NCBI GenBank assembly: GCA_965261385.1
Contig: CBDHDB010000001.1
Location: 737,145 to 801,144 of the forward strand
Length of the DNA stretch: 64,000 nt
DNA from: Dehalococcoidia bacterium
Lineage (GTDB): Bacteria > Chloroflexota > Dehalococcoidia > Lucifugimonadales > Australimonadaceae
Direction of reading: 5' to 3'
The translations under genes and the position numbers were made by a program. Shown here piece by piece: positions 39,550 through 48,454 of this stretch. Each line of letters begins with the position of its first letter. Within the stretch, counting starts at the first letter, position 1. The notes beneath the pieces were generated by a model. That model was not told the DNA's origin. It saw only the letters and a program-made list of their open reading frames with translations, and searched no databases.

Positions 39550-41273
39550 TACGGCCGCTCCCAGCCGAGTCCGCCGAACAGGTGGTCCGCTTCCCCCTCG
39601 CTCAGGGGCGACTGATCGGCGGGGACGGGTTCCGGTTCCGGCTCCGGCAGGTCGAGGACCTGGAAGGCGGCGTCGGCGCCGACACTTAGCGCCAGAGCAG
39701 CGGTCTCGCTCCTGCTCCGGGTTGCGGGCGCGCGGCCGACCACCTCGGCCCGCACGTGCTCCTCGTGGACGATGTCCAGCGTGACCTCCTTCTCGACGGT
39801 CTCGCTGGGGACGGAGAGGCGGGCGGAGACCGTGTGCCGCGTCGTCGTCCCGTCGCCGTGGTGCACCGTCACGGTCTCGCTGACCCGCCTGCTGACGCCC
39901 GGACGGACGAGGCTCACCGTCTCGGTGCGCTGCTCCGTCCACTTCAGACGGTGGGCGAGTTGCACCAGCGGCGGCAGCGGGACCCGGAGGGCCGCCTCCA
40001 AACCGGTGTCGATGGCCAAACTGTGGACCGCCTCCCCGTCCTCGACGGAGAGGGAGAAGGAGGTCTCGCCGCCGGGGACGAATTCGGTCTGTGTGTGGGA
40101 GGTCTCCGTCCCGTCCGACGCGCTCACCCGCACCGTCCCCGTGACGCCGGTCACCTCCGCGTCCATCACCGCCGTCACCGTGATGTGCTCGTGTCCGGCC
40201 ACGGTCTGGAGGGGCATCGTCTCCTCGATCATGGAGACGCACTTCGAGGCCAGGACTCCCTCGATCCTCCCCGGCGTCCAGCCCAGGGAGGCGACCCGGA
40301 CATCGCACAGCTCCCCTTCCACGGACGGGAGGGGATGGGGCAGCCGCTCGTCCTTCAACGTGAACGCGCCGACCTGGCCGAGGGCGTCCACCCAGGAGAA
40401 GGTGAGGGAGGGCGCGTCGCCGATGAGGGGGAGGTCGTAGAAGACCCGTCCCCCCTCTTCCGCGCCCGCCGCCCCCCAGAAGCGCAGCTCTTGCCCCTGC
40501 GGCCCGCCGTAGGCCTGCGCCCACACGTGCAGGTCCGTGGCCGCCCGCAGGGTCACCTTGGCCCGGCCTCCGGAGACCTCCAGCGCCTCGACCAAGAGCC
40601 TTCGTCCGGGGACGGGGTCGGGGGAATCGACCTCAACCTCGTCGAGCCAGTGGCCGTCCGCCAAGGCCGTCTGCGGCGCGGCGGCTACCGCGACCGCCAC
40701 AACGGCGACCGTTAGCACAGCGGGGGCCAGGACCGTGCGCCAGGTCTTCGTGTAGTCGGTCTGTCGTATAGCGGCGTGGTGGCCATTGCCGTGCCCGTTG
40801 CCTTGATCAGGAGGCTGACGCCGTCCGCCCAGCCAGCGCGGACGCAGGGGCATCCGCCCGTTCCGCCGCTCCTTCCGCTGCTTCTTGCGCAGCCTGCGGA
40901 GGCCGCGCCTCGCCCGCTTGGCCAGGAGTTGCAGCGGGCCCGGCTTCTTCGCGGGCTGCGGGGGAGGCTCGCTCCGGGCAAGCTCCCCCGGGGGCCCGGC
41001 GTAACGCCGGGGCCCCAGCCCAAACCGGAGCAGGTCGGCGGCGACAGGCAGCAGCCCCCGCCCTCCGATCTTCCCGACGACCATCGCCAACCCCAGAAGG
41101 CCGACGACGACGGCCAGGGCCAGCCGCGCCTCGGACGGCCCGACGGGGGCGTACCGGTAGGCCCCGTAGGCCAGCGCCCCCACCGCCGTCATCGCCACGA
41201 CCTGGGGGAAGGTGAACCACAGCAGGACCTTGTCCTCGGCCTGCACGTGGGTCGGCACTTCGTGCTCTCTCAT
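39549..41273 (-). CDS. PrgI-family (VirB3-like) protein fused to a ~450-aa extracytoplasmic domain
   Basis: The N-terminus VPTHVQAEDKVLLWFTFPQVVAMTAVGALAY matches the PrgI-family pattern, followed by 2 TM helices. The long C-terminal region has no recognisable motif. Confidence 0.6.
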   Translation of the reverse strand: MREHEVPTHVQAEDKVLLWFTFPQVVAMTAVGALAYGAYRYAPVGPSEARLALAVVVGLLGLAMVVGKIGGRGLLPVAADLLRFGLGPRRYAGPPGELARSEPPPQPAKKPGPLQLLAKRARRGLRRLRKKQRKERRNGRMPLRPRWLGGRRQPPDQGNGHGNGHHAAIRQTDYTKTWRTVLAPAVLTVAVVAVAVAAAPQTALADGHWLDEVEVDSPDPVPGRRLLVEALEVSGGRAKVTLRAATDLHVWAQAYGGPQGQELRFWGAAGAEEGGRVFYDLPLIGDAPSLTFSWVDALGQVGAFTLKDERLPHPLPSVEGELCDVRVASLGWTPGRIEGVLASKCVSMIEETMPLQTVAGHEHITVTAVMDAEVTGVTGTVRVSASDGTETSHTQTEFVPGGETSFSLSVEDGEAVHSLAIDTGLEAALRVPLPPLVQLAHRLKWTEQRTETVSLVRPGVSRRVSETVTVHHGDGTTTRHTVSARLSVPSETVEKEVTLDIVHEEHVRAEVVGRAPATRSRSETAALALSVGADAAFQVLDLPEPEPEPVPADQSPLSEGEADHLFGGLGWERP

Positions 41274-41309
41274 GGCATGTTTCCTTTCAAAGTCGTTGCT
41301 CTTGGTTGG

Positions 41310-41600
41310 CTAGGGCGTGGGTGTGGGCGTGGCCGTGACCGGGTCGGGCAGTTCGATGTCCACGGCCGGGTCCACCACTGCGCTCATGACGATGTCCACG
41401 ACGCCGTAGGCCACCATGGCCAGCACGATGCCCGCGATGGCGGTCATCATGGCGCTCTTCCCCCGCTCCATCTGGTTGGGCGCTCCCGAGGCCGTCAGGT
41501 ACATGTAGGCGCCGTAGACGAAGAAACCGACGCCGACCGCGCCCACCAGCCCCAACAGGATCCCAACCAGGTTCGAGATGGTCTGTGTGAGGTTTTCCAT
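41310..41600 (-). CDS. Second VirB2/TrbC-like small two-TM protein
   Basis: ATG 41600 has an AGGAGCGAACGGAA RBS. The 96-aa product has two TM helices around the loop ASGAPNQMERGKS and a Pro/Thr tail. Confidence 0.5.
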   Translation of the reverse strand: MENLTQTISNLVGILLGLVGAVGVGFFVYGAYMYLTASGAPNQMERGKSAMMTAIAGIVLAMVAYGVVDIVMSAVVDPAVDIELPDPVTATPTPTP

Positions 41601-41763
41601 TTCCGTTCGCTCCTCTGTTTTCCCTCCGGGCGACGCTTGCGCCCGGCGCTGCTGGTTCCTGCTCAGTCCTTCCCGCTGCCCGCCGTTACTGGCACATCTC
41701 CCTGCCTCCTCCATGCGTGGTGGACCGGCGCGCGTTCCCGCTGCGCCGTTGGTTGTCGTTGGG

Positions 41764-42756
41764 CTACTCGCTGGCGCTCCGGGGGGCCTCGCTTGGCTGG
41801 CCCGACCCCGAGGCCATGTCGGCCGCCGAGCGGAGGCCGCTCACCGCGAGCCCCACCGCCGCCGGCGCGACCCCCGCCGCGATCCCCCCCGCCAGCTTCC
41901 CCGCGGCCAGGCCGCCGGGGCCGCCCGCAGCGCCCCCCGCCAGCAGCCCGATGGACTGGGCCGACCGGAGCACCGCTCCCGGCATCGACATGCCGAAGAA
42001 GAGGGTCGACAGCCACGCGTTGAAGGTCCCCGCGTTGCCCAACATCGCGGGCGCCCGCGTCGCCAGGTAGATGAACGACGTGGACATCAGGAGCTTCCAG
42101 ACCAGGTCGCGCACCGGCTCGAACGCCGCTATCCCCGCGAACTCCCGCAGGAACCCGAACCCCAGCGCCAACACCACCAGCTGCACCGCCTGCTGAAAAA
42201 CCGTCACTAGGAACGTCCGCAGCCAGTGCCGTCCCCAACCCTCGGTATGCGGCAGCACCCAAAGCCCCAACGCGACGGGGGCCAGCGCCAGCAGCACGTC
42301 GATCAGGGCCAGGCGGATGATCATCTGCACCAGGACGTACAGGACGAAGAATCCGTAGACCATGTAGAGCGTCGCCATCACCAAGGCCATCCCCACGCTT
42401 CCGGATTCCACCGCCGTGAGCAGGGTCTGGAGCGAGGCCCGCAGCAGGTCGCCCGCCGTGACGCCGAGGGAGGCGGCGATGAAGCCGGACACGGCGTCGG
42501 CCGTGTCGATGACGAGGGCGCACCACCACAGGGACGACGCGGCGGCCGTGAGTCCCAGGACGAGGCGGGGGACCATCTCCCGCCAGCCCGCCTGGGGCCT
42601 GCCGAGGTGTTCTTGAACGATGAGGGTCAGCCCCATCCATCCGAGGATGACGATCAGGGCGCCGGAGACGACGACCCACATGGTCATCCATGCGTCGCGC
42701 ACCAGGGGGTGCAGGTAGGTGAGCTCGGGGGACGTGCCGGTGAGAATGTCCGTCAC
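41764..42756 (-). CDS. VirB6/TrbL-like polytopic channel protein
   Basis: At least 6 TM helices and a Gly/Ala-rich C-terminus. GTG 42756 forms a GTGA overlap with the upstream stop; the longer ORF-track N-terminus is Arg/Pro-rich and unlikely to be coding. Confidence 0.6.
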   Translation of the reverse strand: MTDILTGTSPELTYLHPLVRDAWMTMWVVVSGALIVILGWMGLTLIVQEHLGRPQAGWREMVPRLVLGLTAAASSLWWCALVIDTADAVSGFIAASLGVTAGDLLRASLQTLLTAVESGSVGMALVMATLYMVYGFFVLYVLVQMIIRLALIDVLLALAPVALGLWVLPHTEGWGRHWLRTFLVTVFQQAVQLVVLALGFGFLREFAGIAAFEPVRDLVWKLLMSTSFIYLATRAPAMLGNAGTFNAWLSTLFFGMSMPGAVLRSAQSIGLLAGGAAGGPGGLAAGKLAGGIAAGVAPAAVGLAVSGLRSAADMASGSGQPSEAPRSASE

Positions 42757-43427
42757 GAGGAACCCTCCCGGCAGTTGGCGGCGTCCTCGCCGCTGGCCCG
42801 TTCGACCACGCCGCAGAGGGTCCCGTGGACGCCCTCGACCATCCAGCGGGCGAAGGCCCTGGCCCACCGCGCGGGGTTGAGTGCGCCCAGCACCCGGTCC
42901 CACAGCCCGCCGGGCTGGTGGACGGGGATGACCGCGTGGAAGGAGAGGCGTTCGACGCCCTCTTCCGTGACCAGGGCCAACAGGTATGCCCGCTCGGGGT
43001 CGAGACTGGGCTGTTGGTTGTTGGCGGGGTATTCGAAGGTGTATTCCCAGCCGTCCTGGAGGCGCTTCGCCCGGCCGGTCACCTGGTGGGGGGCGGCGAG
43101 CCACTCCCCGGTGTCGGGGTCGCGGACGGCGTAGTGGAGGGCGGCGACCTCCAGATCGAAGACGGGCCGTGCGATGAAGCGCCCGTCCTTCTTGCGCTCG
43201 ACGACGTTCCCGCCCTCGTTGACCATGACCAGGCCGTCTTCGGGCGGGGCCTGGGCGAGGGCGGCGTTGCTCGACGGAATGACCAGAAGCATTGCCAGCA
43301 GCGCGACGGCTGCGGACCGCGTAAAGACGCGCTTTGCTCTACCGGACTTGATGCTCAATCGCAACGCCAAAATCGTCGCCTCTCTGCGGTGACTTGGCGG
43401 GCCGTTGGAGCCCCGCCGAAAACGCAA
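42753..43427 (-). CDS. Secreted hypothetical protein, first gene of the T4SS operon
   Basis: Signal peptide AAVALLAMLLVIPSSNAALA. No other motif. The exact start is uncertain. Confidence 0.45.
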   Translation of the reverse strand: MRFRRGSNGPPSHRREATILALRLSIKSGRAKRVFTRSAAVALLAMLLVIPSSNAALAQAPPEDGLVMVNEGGNVVERKKDGRFIARPVFDLEVAALHYAVRDPDTGEWLAAPHQVTGRAKRLQDGWEYTFEYPANNQQPSLDPERAYLLALVTEEGVERLSFHAVIPVHQPGGLWDRVLGALNPARWARAFARWMVEGVHGTLCGVVERASGEDAANCREGSS

Positions 43428-43462
43428 TGAAGTGTGAACAATCCGAAAGTTGAACGTCTAGT

Positions 43463-43503
43463 CCCCTCATAGGGGGCGCATATGCGCGCCCCCCTATGAG
43501 GGG
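43463..43503. repeat. Large imperfect inverted repeat centred on the palindrome GCGCATATGCGC
   Basis: CCCCTCATAGGGGG (43463-43476) pairs with CCCCCTATGAGGGG (43490-43503), and there are 3 inner base pairs. It lies in the divergent region between the T4SS operon and the plus-strand module. Confidence 0.8.
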
Positions 43504-43674
43504 CTATTTTGAGGAAGCCCCGCATGATGTCATTGGGGTGTACAGAGAATCGAGTTTCGTAACGGAGTTGCGGCGGGGTTGTGCGCAAGGCCGTACAGGG
43601 GAAAACGCCCCCTACAGGACGTTGCACAGTGAGCACTTCGTCTTAAGTGCGCGTTCCACGAGGCCGGCGCAAAG

Positions 43675-43766
43675 CCCACGAGTGAACGTGACATTGTTGC
43701 ACCGGCGGCGACCGGACCCGGCGTACAAACCCCACGAGTGAACGCGACAATTCTGCGCACCGGCGG
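43675..43766 (+). repeat. Two ~35-nt direct repeats (CCCACGAGTGAACGyGACA..TT..GCACCGGCGG) immediately upstream of ORF 43778
   Basis: Copies lie at 43675-43708 and 43731-43766. The second ends 11 nt before the start codon. Confidence 0.75.
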
Positions 43767-43777
43767 AGGCGGGAAGG

Positions 43778-44599
43778 ATGAGACCGGAAGGACCGATCAT
43801 GGAGAGGAACTGGAATGCGGAGGACATTCACCGCCTGCGGCTCATGGCGCTGCTGCACGGGCTGGTGCGGAGGAATGGGCTCAGGGGAGCGGCGAGGGCG
43901 TTGGACATCGACCGCCGGACGCTGGCCGCCAGCATGGAAGAGGGCGCCCCGTCCAAGCGGGTGCGGGTCACCCTGGAGAAGGAGCTCCTTGCCGAGGCCG
44001 GCGCGGCTGCGGACCGGCTGCGGGAGCGCAGTGAGACCCTGGAGCAGCGGGTGGAGGCGCTCGCCGAGGAGACGCGCGGCAGCCTCGAATCCATCGAGGG
44101 GAAGATCGAGGCGCTGCGGGAGGAGCACGCCCAGGGAATGAGGCTGGTCCAGCGCCGGCTGGCGGCGGAGGCTGGCCGGGGAGCCCAGGGCGCGGTGGGA
44201 GCGTCCGCCGTGGGCGGAAGGCCGGCCGCGAGCGTCCGGGAACGGCGGCGATACCCCCAGTTGGTCACCCGCGAGCCGGCTCCCGACGACGAGGACGTGT
44301 ACGGCGCGGCGTGGCCGTTGGTGGACGAGTGGCGCAGGCTGCGGGCCGGCCACCCCGGCAGGGGCGGCGGCGTGTCGTGGCTCATGCGGGAGGAGCGCAT
44401 CCGGGAGCTGGAGGCGGCGATGCTGGAGGAGCACAAGCTGACCCTGCCGCCGGCCGCGCATCCCAGGGGAGACTCCGACCGGAGGCATGACGTCTACTTG
44501 CTCAGGCAGACCCTCGACAGGGTGCGGGGGGAGCGCATGCGGGCGCAGTGCCGGCGCTGGCTGCGCCGGGCGCTGACCCTCGGTCTGTGGTGGAAGTAG
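43778..44599 (+). CDS. Hypothetical coiled-coil protein, possible regulator
   Basis: 273 aa. The N-terminus LRGAARALDIDRRTLAASME is HTH-like, and the central region is a heptad-rich Glu/Arg/Leu coiled coil. The start could instead be ATG 43799. Confidence 0.5.
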   Translation: MRPEGPIMERNWNAEDIHRLRLMALLHGLVRRNGLRGAARALDIDRRTLAASMEEGAPSKRVRVTLEKELLAEAGAAADRLRERSETLEQRVEALAEETRGSLESIEGKIEALREEHAQGMRLVQRRLAAEAGRGAQGAVGASAVGGRPAASVRERRRYPQLVTREPAPDDEDVYGAAWPLVDEWRRLRAGHPGRGGGVSWLMREERIRELEAAMLEEHKLTLPPAAHPRGDSDRRHDVYLLRQTLDRVRGERMRAQCRRWLRRALTLGLWWK

Positions 44600-44602
44600 C
44601 CG

Positions 44603-44621
44603 CCGGACGGCCTCCGTTCGG
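44603..44621 (+). terminator. Short stem-loop directly after the stop of ORF 43778..44599
   Basis: CCGGACGG cct CCGTTCGG forms an 8-bp stem including one G-U pair. There is no clear U-tract. Confidence 0.35.
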
Positions 44622-44812
44622 GAACGCTGAATTTCCGTCGAAGTCTTCGCTACTTTTTCGCGAACTGGATAAACGACTTTGAGCGGAAAGACCCTGAAAC
44701 CGTTGCAAACCACCGTCGTAAGCGGCAATACTAAGTTCGTTATCAGGCTTTTCCAGCGTTTCCACTGCCCTAGAAACCTGGAGGGTCCCTTCCCTGACCC
44801 GGGAACGACCAG

Positions 44813-44907
44813 AGGATCGAGCCTCGCTCTCCCGTTGGCCGGCCCAAGAGGGATACGCTTTCTCCGCTCTTCGAAGCAGCGTTGAAGGATCGAGCCTTGC
44901 TCTCCCG
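44813..44907 (+). repeat. Pair of 22-nt direct repeats AGGATCGAGCCTyGCTCTCCCG in a ~750-bp apparently non-coding stretch
   Basis: Copies lie at 44813-44834 and 44886-44907 and are 21/22 identical. Confidence 0.8.
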
Positions 44908-45347
44908 AGACCGCTTCGGAAGACGGAACATCTTGGGTGAAGCGCCTCCCGCGTTTCGGCCCTTGGATACCGTGCGGTTGGAGTGCGTCATGCGGTCCGA
45001 CTGGTCCCATACGCCAACGGCATAGCTGGCAGCAGTTAGGCCGCTCGTTCAACATGCGCCGGTCTGCAATGACGTCATAGGCAGGCCGGCCGCTTCATGT
45101 CCCGCAGCAGCCGCCCCAGACCGCTCCACTTTCCCGTCCCAACTCTGGCCGAGCTGCGTCTTCCCACCTGGCCGCTCCGCGTTCGATCCGTGGCCGGCCA
45201 TGTCACAGCCCACACTCCCCCGCTCCGCGTCAGGCATCCGGCCGGGGGCGGAGTGTGCCCATCGACGACTGAACGACCTGCGCCACGGATGCCGGCATGG
45301 GTCAACGAGCACGCCACCGATAGGACGAACACAGCAAGGAGGACACG

Positions 45348-45875
45348 ATGACCACGTTGGCAGTGAGCAGCCCGACGATGACAGCGATAGGCCGGCCCAG
45401 CCTGGAGGAGTTGGTTGACCGGGTGGTGGACGCCCTCTTCTTCGGCAAGCGCGAGAGGAAGCCGGAACAGCGAATGACGCGGACGCTCCGCGAGGCCCCG
45501 GCGCAGAGCGTCCATGAAGGGCGAATGGACCAGAGCATGGCGAGGGCGGTCCACGAGGCGCGGCGGCTGCGGCAGGCCGGCGACCTCGACGCGGCGCTGG
45601 CGGCCCTGGCCGGCGCGGACATGTCCACGGCGACGGAGCAGGAACGCCGGTGGGCCTACGCCGAGTGGGTGGGCCTGGCCCGGCGGCGGTTCGCAGACGG
45701 CGGGGCGATGCTCTACAGCCCCGGCACGGGTAAGGCGGCGGTCCTCGCTCCCCGCGACGACGGGACCCTCGAGGTCCTGGCGGCGCTGGGGATGCGCTGG
45801 CGGCCGGGCCGGGTCGTCTCCCGTCGGAGCCTGCGGGGGCTGAAGCCCCTGGGGGGAGGCGCGCCATGGTCGTAG
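45348..45875 (+). CDS. Hypothetical protein
   Basis: 175 aa with an AAGGAGGA RBS. Its stop overlaps the primase start. Confidence 0.5.
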   Translation: MTTLAVSSPTMTAIGRPSLEELVDRVVDALFFGKRERKPEQRMTRTLREAPAQSVHEGRMDQSMARAVHEARRLRQAGDLDAALAALAGADMSTATEQERRWAYAEWVGLARRRFADGGAMLYSPGTGKAAVLAPRDDGTLEVLAALGMRWRPGRVVSRRSLRGLKPLGGGAPWS

Positions 45876-46924
45876 CCAACGCGCCGGTCGTGGACATCCC
45901 GGCGTTGAAGTCGCGCCACCCGTTGGGGGACGTGGTGGAGGCGTCGGGAGTCCAGCTGCGTGGAAGGGGCAGGGTCCGGCAGGGCGTCTGCCCCTTCCAC
46001 GAGGAGGTCGAGGGCAGCTTCACCGTGTACGGCGACTCGGAGCGGTTCTACTGCTTCGGGTGCGGGGCCGGCGGAGACGTGCTGGATTTCGTGGGGCGCG
46101 TCGAAGGCCTGACCCTCGCAGAGTCGATACGGCGGCTGGCTGGCGGCCCGGGGCGCAGGCCCTGGGCCGCCAGCCGTCCGGCCGGTCCGCGGCGGCCCCC
46201 GGACGCCGCTCCGCCTCCCAGGGACCCCAACCTGCTGACGGCGGCGGCCCGGTTCTACGCCGGGCAACTCCGCCGTCGCCCGGAGGGGCGGGCGTACCTG
46301 GCCTCGCGGGGCGTCGGCCCCGCCGCCGCAGCCCGCCTGGGCCTCGGCTATGCGCCGGGCGGGGGGCTGCGGCCGGCCCTGGAGTCCCTGGGCTTCTCCG
46401 AGCCGCGCCTCAGGGACTCCGGGCTGTTCATGGCGCGCGGCGCGGAGCGGTTCGCCGGGATGGTGGTCGCGCCCGAGATCTCCGGCGGCCTCGTCCGCTG
46501 GCTCGGGGGCCGGGCGGTCGATCCCGACCGGACTCCCCGGTTCCAGGCGTTGCCCGGCCCCAAGCCGGTGCTGGGCCTGGGGCGTCTCGGCCGCGCCCCG
46601 CTGTGGGCGATCGTCACGGAGGGCGTCTTCGACTGGATCGCCCTTGCAGGCTGGGAGTTCCCGGCCTGCGCCGCCCTGGGCGCCCAGGGCGTTGAGCGGG
46701 TCGCCGGCGCCCTCCGGGGCAGCGCCCGCGTCTTCCTTGCCTTCGACGCAGACGACGCGGGCCGGGAGGCAACGGAGCGGCTTCTGGCCCTGCTCGGGCG
46801 CAGGGCCGCCGCCGTCACCCTTCCCCCCGGCGTCGGCGACGTGGCCGAGCTTGCGGCGCTTCCCCACGGGCGCGCCACCTTCCTCGGCCTCTTGACAGCG
46901 GCGGCGCTCTCCGCCCGCTCGTAG
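45866..46924 (+). CDS. Element-encoded DNA primase (CHC2 zinc finger + Toprim)
   Basis: CPFHEEVEGSFTVYGDSERFYCFGCGAGGDVLDFV, then Toprim VTEGVFDWIAL...LAFDADDAGREA. Confidence 0.85.
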   Translation: MVVANAPVVDIPALKSRHPLGDVVEASGVQLRGRGRVRQGVCPFHEEVEGSFTVYGDSERFYCFGCGAGGDVLDFVGRVEGLTLAESIRRLAGGPGRRPWAASRPAGPRRPPDAAPPPRDPNLLTAAARFYAGQLRRRPEGRAYLASRGVGPAAAARLGLGYAPGGGLRPALESLGFSEPRLRDSGLFMARGAERFAGMVVAPEISGGLVRWLGGRAVDPDRTPRFQALPGPKPVLGLGRLGRAPLWAIVTEGVFDWIALAGWEFPACAALGAQGVERVAGALRGSARVFLAFDADDAGREATERLLALLGRRAAAVTLPPGVGDVAELAALPHGRATFLGLLTAAALSARS

Positions 46925-47103
46925 CCCCTCGCCGCTTTCCTGCGGGTCTCTCGGCCCGCCCCCTCGCCCGTCCCCACGCTCACCGCCCAGGAGGACCCAT
47001 GCCCAATGCACGACGGGCCCTGCCCGCACACGGATTCCCATGGAGGAGTCCGCGCCGGCCATTCGCTTAGGAACACGCAACACAGACAGAAGGAGACACG
47101 ACC

Positions 47104-47976
47104 ATGTTCAACAGGAACGGAAGCAACAACGGACCCAGCGACGGGACGGGCGACGGCATCGTCCACATCAACGGCAACGGGCGCCAGCCCGACGCCGCCC
47201 CCGCATCGAGCACGGGGCAGGCCATCGTCGGCGAGCACGACCTGCTCTGGGACGGGCTCTCGCCCACGGTGACGGAGCAACTGAACAACCCCCTCGACCC
47301 TGCCCTGGTCTCGCAGCGCAAGGGCCGGGCCAACCGCGACTACGTCTACGTCGAGGGCCGGACGGCCATCGATCAGGCGAACCGGATCTTCGGCTTTGGG
47401 GGCTGGGGATACGAGGTGGTGGGCGAGGTCACCCAGTGGCAGAACGAGCACGCGGACCCGCAGACCGGCGAGGTCAAGCGGGTCCGCTCCTACGCCGCGA
47501 CGGTCAAGGTGACCGTGCCCGGCGCGCCCTCCCGCACCGACGTGGGGTTCCACACCGTGGCGGAGGAGAACGGGGAGGGCCATGAGACGGCGTACAAGGG
47601 ATGTGTCACGGACGGGCTGAAGCGGGCGCTGCGCAGCTTCGGGGCCCAGTTCGGGAATGCCCTGCACGGCGACGGCGAGACGGACGCCGTCGCGTCCGTC
47701 TCGGAGCAGGCCCTGGCGCCATCCCTGCGGAAGGCGCTGGTGGGCCTGGGGGCGTCCCAGGGATTGGGCGAGCAGCAGGTGCGGGAGGCGGTCAGGAGCA
47801 GGACGGGGAAGGACTTCGAGGAGCTCCGCGCGTCGGAGCTGGCCCGGATGGTCGAGGGCGCGGCGGTCAAGCTGCAGCAGGCCCGGACCGTGGAGGCCGC
47901 TCCCCAGCCGGCCGCGCCAGCGCCGGCCGCGTCCCGACAGGCTGCCGGAGACACGGAGATGAAGGCCGCGGCGTAA
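47104..47976 (+). CDS. Rad52/Rad22-family single-strand annealing protein
   Basis: LDPALVSQRKGRANRDYVYVEGRTAIDQANRIFGFGGWGYEV...KGCVTDGLKRALRSFG is the Rad52-type core. Confidence 0.75.
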   Translation: MFNRNGSNNGPSDGTGDGIVHINGNGRQPDAAPASSTGQAIVGEHDLLWDGLSPTVTEQLNNPLDPALVSQRKGRANRDYVYVEGRTAIDQANRIFGFGGWGYEVVGEVTQWQNEHADPQTGEVKRVRSYAATVKVTVPGAPSRTDVGFHTVAEENGEGHETAYKGCVTDGLKRALRSFGAQFGNALHGDGETDAVASVSEQALAPSLRKALVGLGASQGLGEQQVREAVRSRTGKDFEELRASELARMVEGAAVKLQQARTVEAAPQPAAPAPAASRQAAGDTEMKAAA

Positions 47977-48084
47977 CCCGCCGCGGGACAGCGCAGTCAT
48001 AACGGGGCCGTCTCCACACATGGGGACGACCCCGTTCTCATCCGTCCGATCGAGTCAACCGGAATAACGGGAAGGAGACGAGAG

Positions 48085-48351
48085 ATGAGCGTGACGAACG
48101 ACACGATGGTCGACCAGGTGGAGGAGGGCCTCGCCCTGCTGTGGTTCGAGATGGAGGAGGCGGGGCACGCCGGGTTCCAGGAGGAGATCGAGGAGGTGGG
48201 CCGCCTGTTCCCCGTGCCGGAGGGCAGCCCCTTCGGACGCCGCGTGATCGAGCGGGCGCACGACCTCTTCGAGCGGGTCCGCGCCGAGTTCGCGCCGATG
48301 GGCCGCAGGCCGGTCCCGTGCCCCCACTGCGGGGACGCGGCGGCCGCGTAA
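48085..48351 (+). CDS. Small acidic hypothetical protein with a C-terminal CPHCG
   Basis: 88-aa ORF with a GGAAGGAGACGAG RBS. Confidence 0.45.
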   Translation: MSVTNDTMVDQVEEGLALLWFEMEEAGHAGFQEEIEEVGRLFPVPEGSPFGRRVIERAHDLFERVRAEFAPMGRRPVPCPHCGDAAAA

Positions 48352-48454
48352 GCGGAGCAGGAGGGAGACGCTCCGAGACCGGAGCGCACACGGCGACAGC
48401 TGGCCCCGCCAGCCCGCCGCCGCGCACGACGGACGCTACGGCGGACGCAGCACA

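Noticed and set aside
39241-40524. 427-aa ORF-track call on the minus strand
   Set aside because: Only its last ~102 codons (from ATG 39549) look like a real protein, the VirB2-like one. The upstream part overlaps the PrgI-fusion gene in another frame and is Arg/Gly-rich.
40776-42691. 415-aa plus-strand ORF and 342-aa minus-strand ORF across the pilin and VirB6-like genes
   Set aside because: These are alternative or antisense frames without hydrophobic or other protein-like features. The membrane-protein frames explain the region.
43643-45055. 470-aa minus-strand ORF spanning the regulator-like gene and the non-coding gap
   Set aside because: It is antisense to the better-supported ORF 43778..44599. 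It has no RBS or motif and its composition is Arg/Pro-rich.
45146-45200. tRNA-like fragment (T-arm-like CCGCG-TTCGATC-CGTGG followed by CCGGCCA)
   Set aside because: Only about 55 nt can be folded. There is no D-arm or anticodon arm and the acceptor pairing is imperfect. At most it is a relic, not a tRNA gene.
45866-46924. Second dnaG-like gene as a duplicated host primase
   Set aside because: It is much shorter (352 aa), lacks the DnaB-binding C-terminus and sits in the ICE. I interpret it as an element-encoded primase.
45713-48021. Long minus-strand ORFs (456 aa and 557 aa) opposite the primase and Rad52-like genes
   Set aside because: The plus-strand genes carry CHC2/Toprim and Rad52 signatures. 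The minus-strand frames are GC artefacts.
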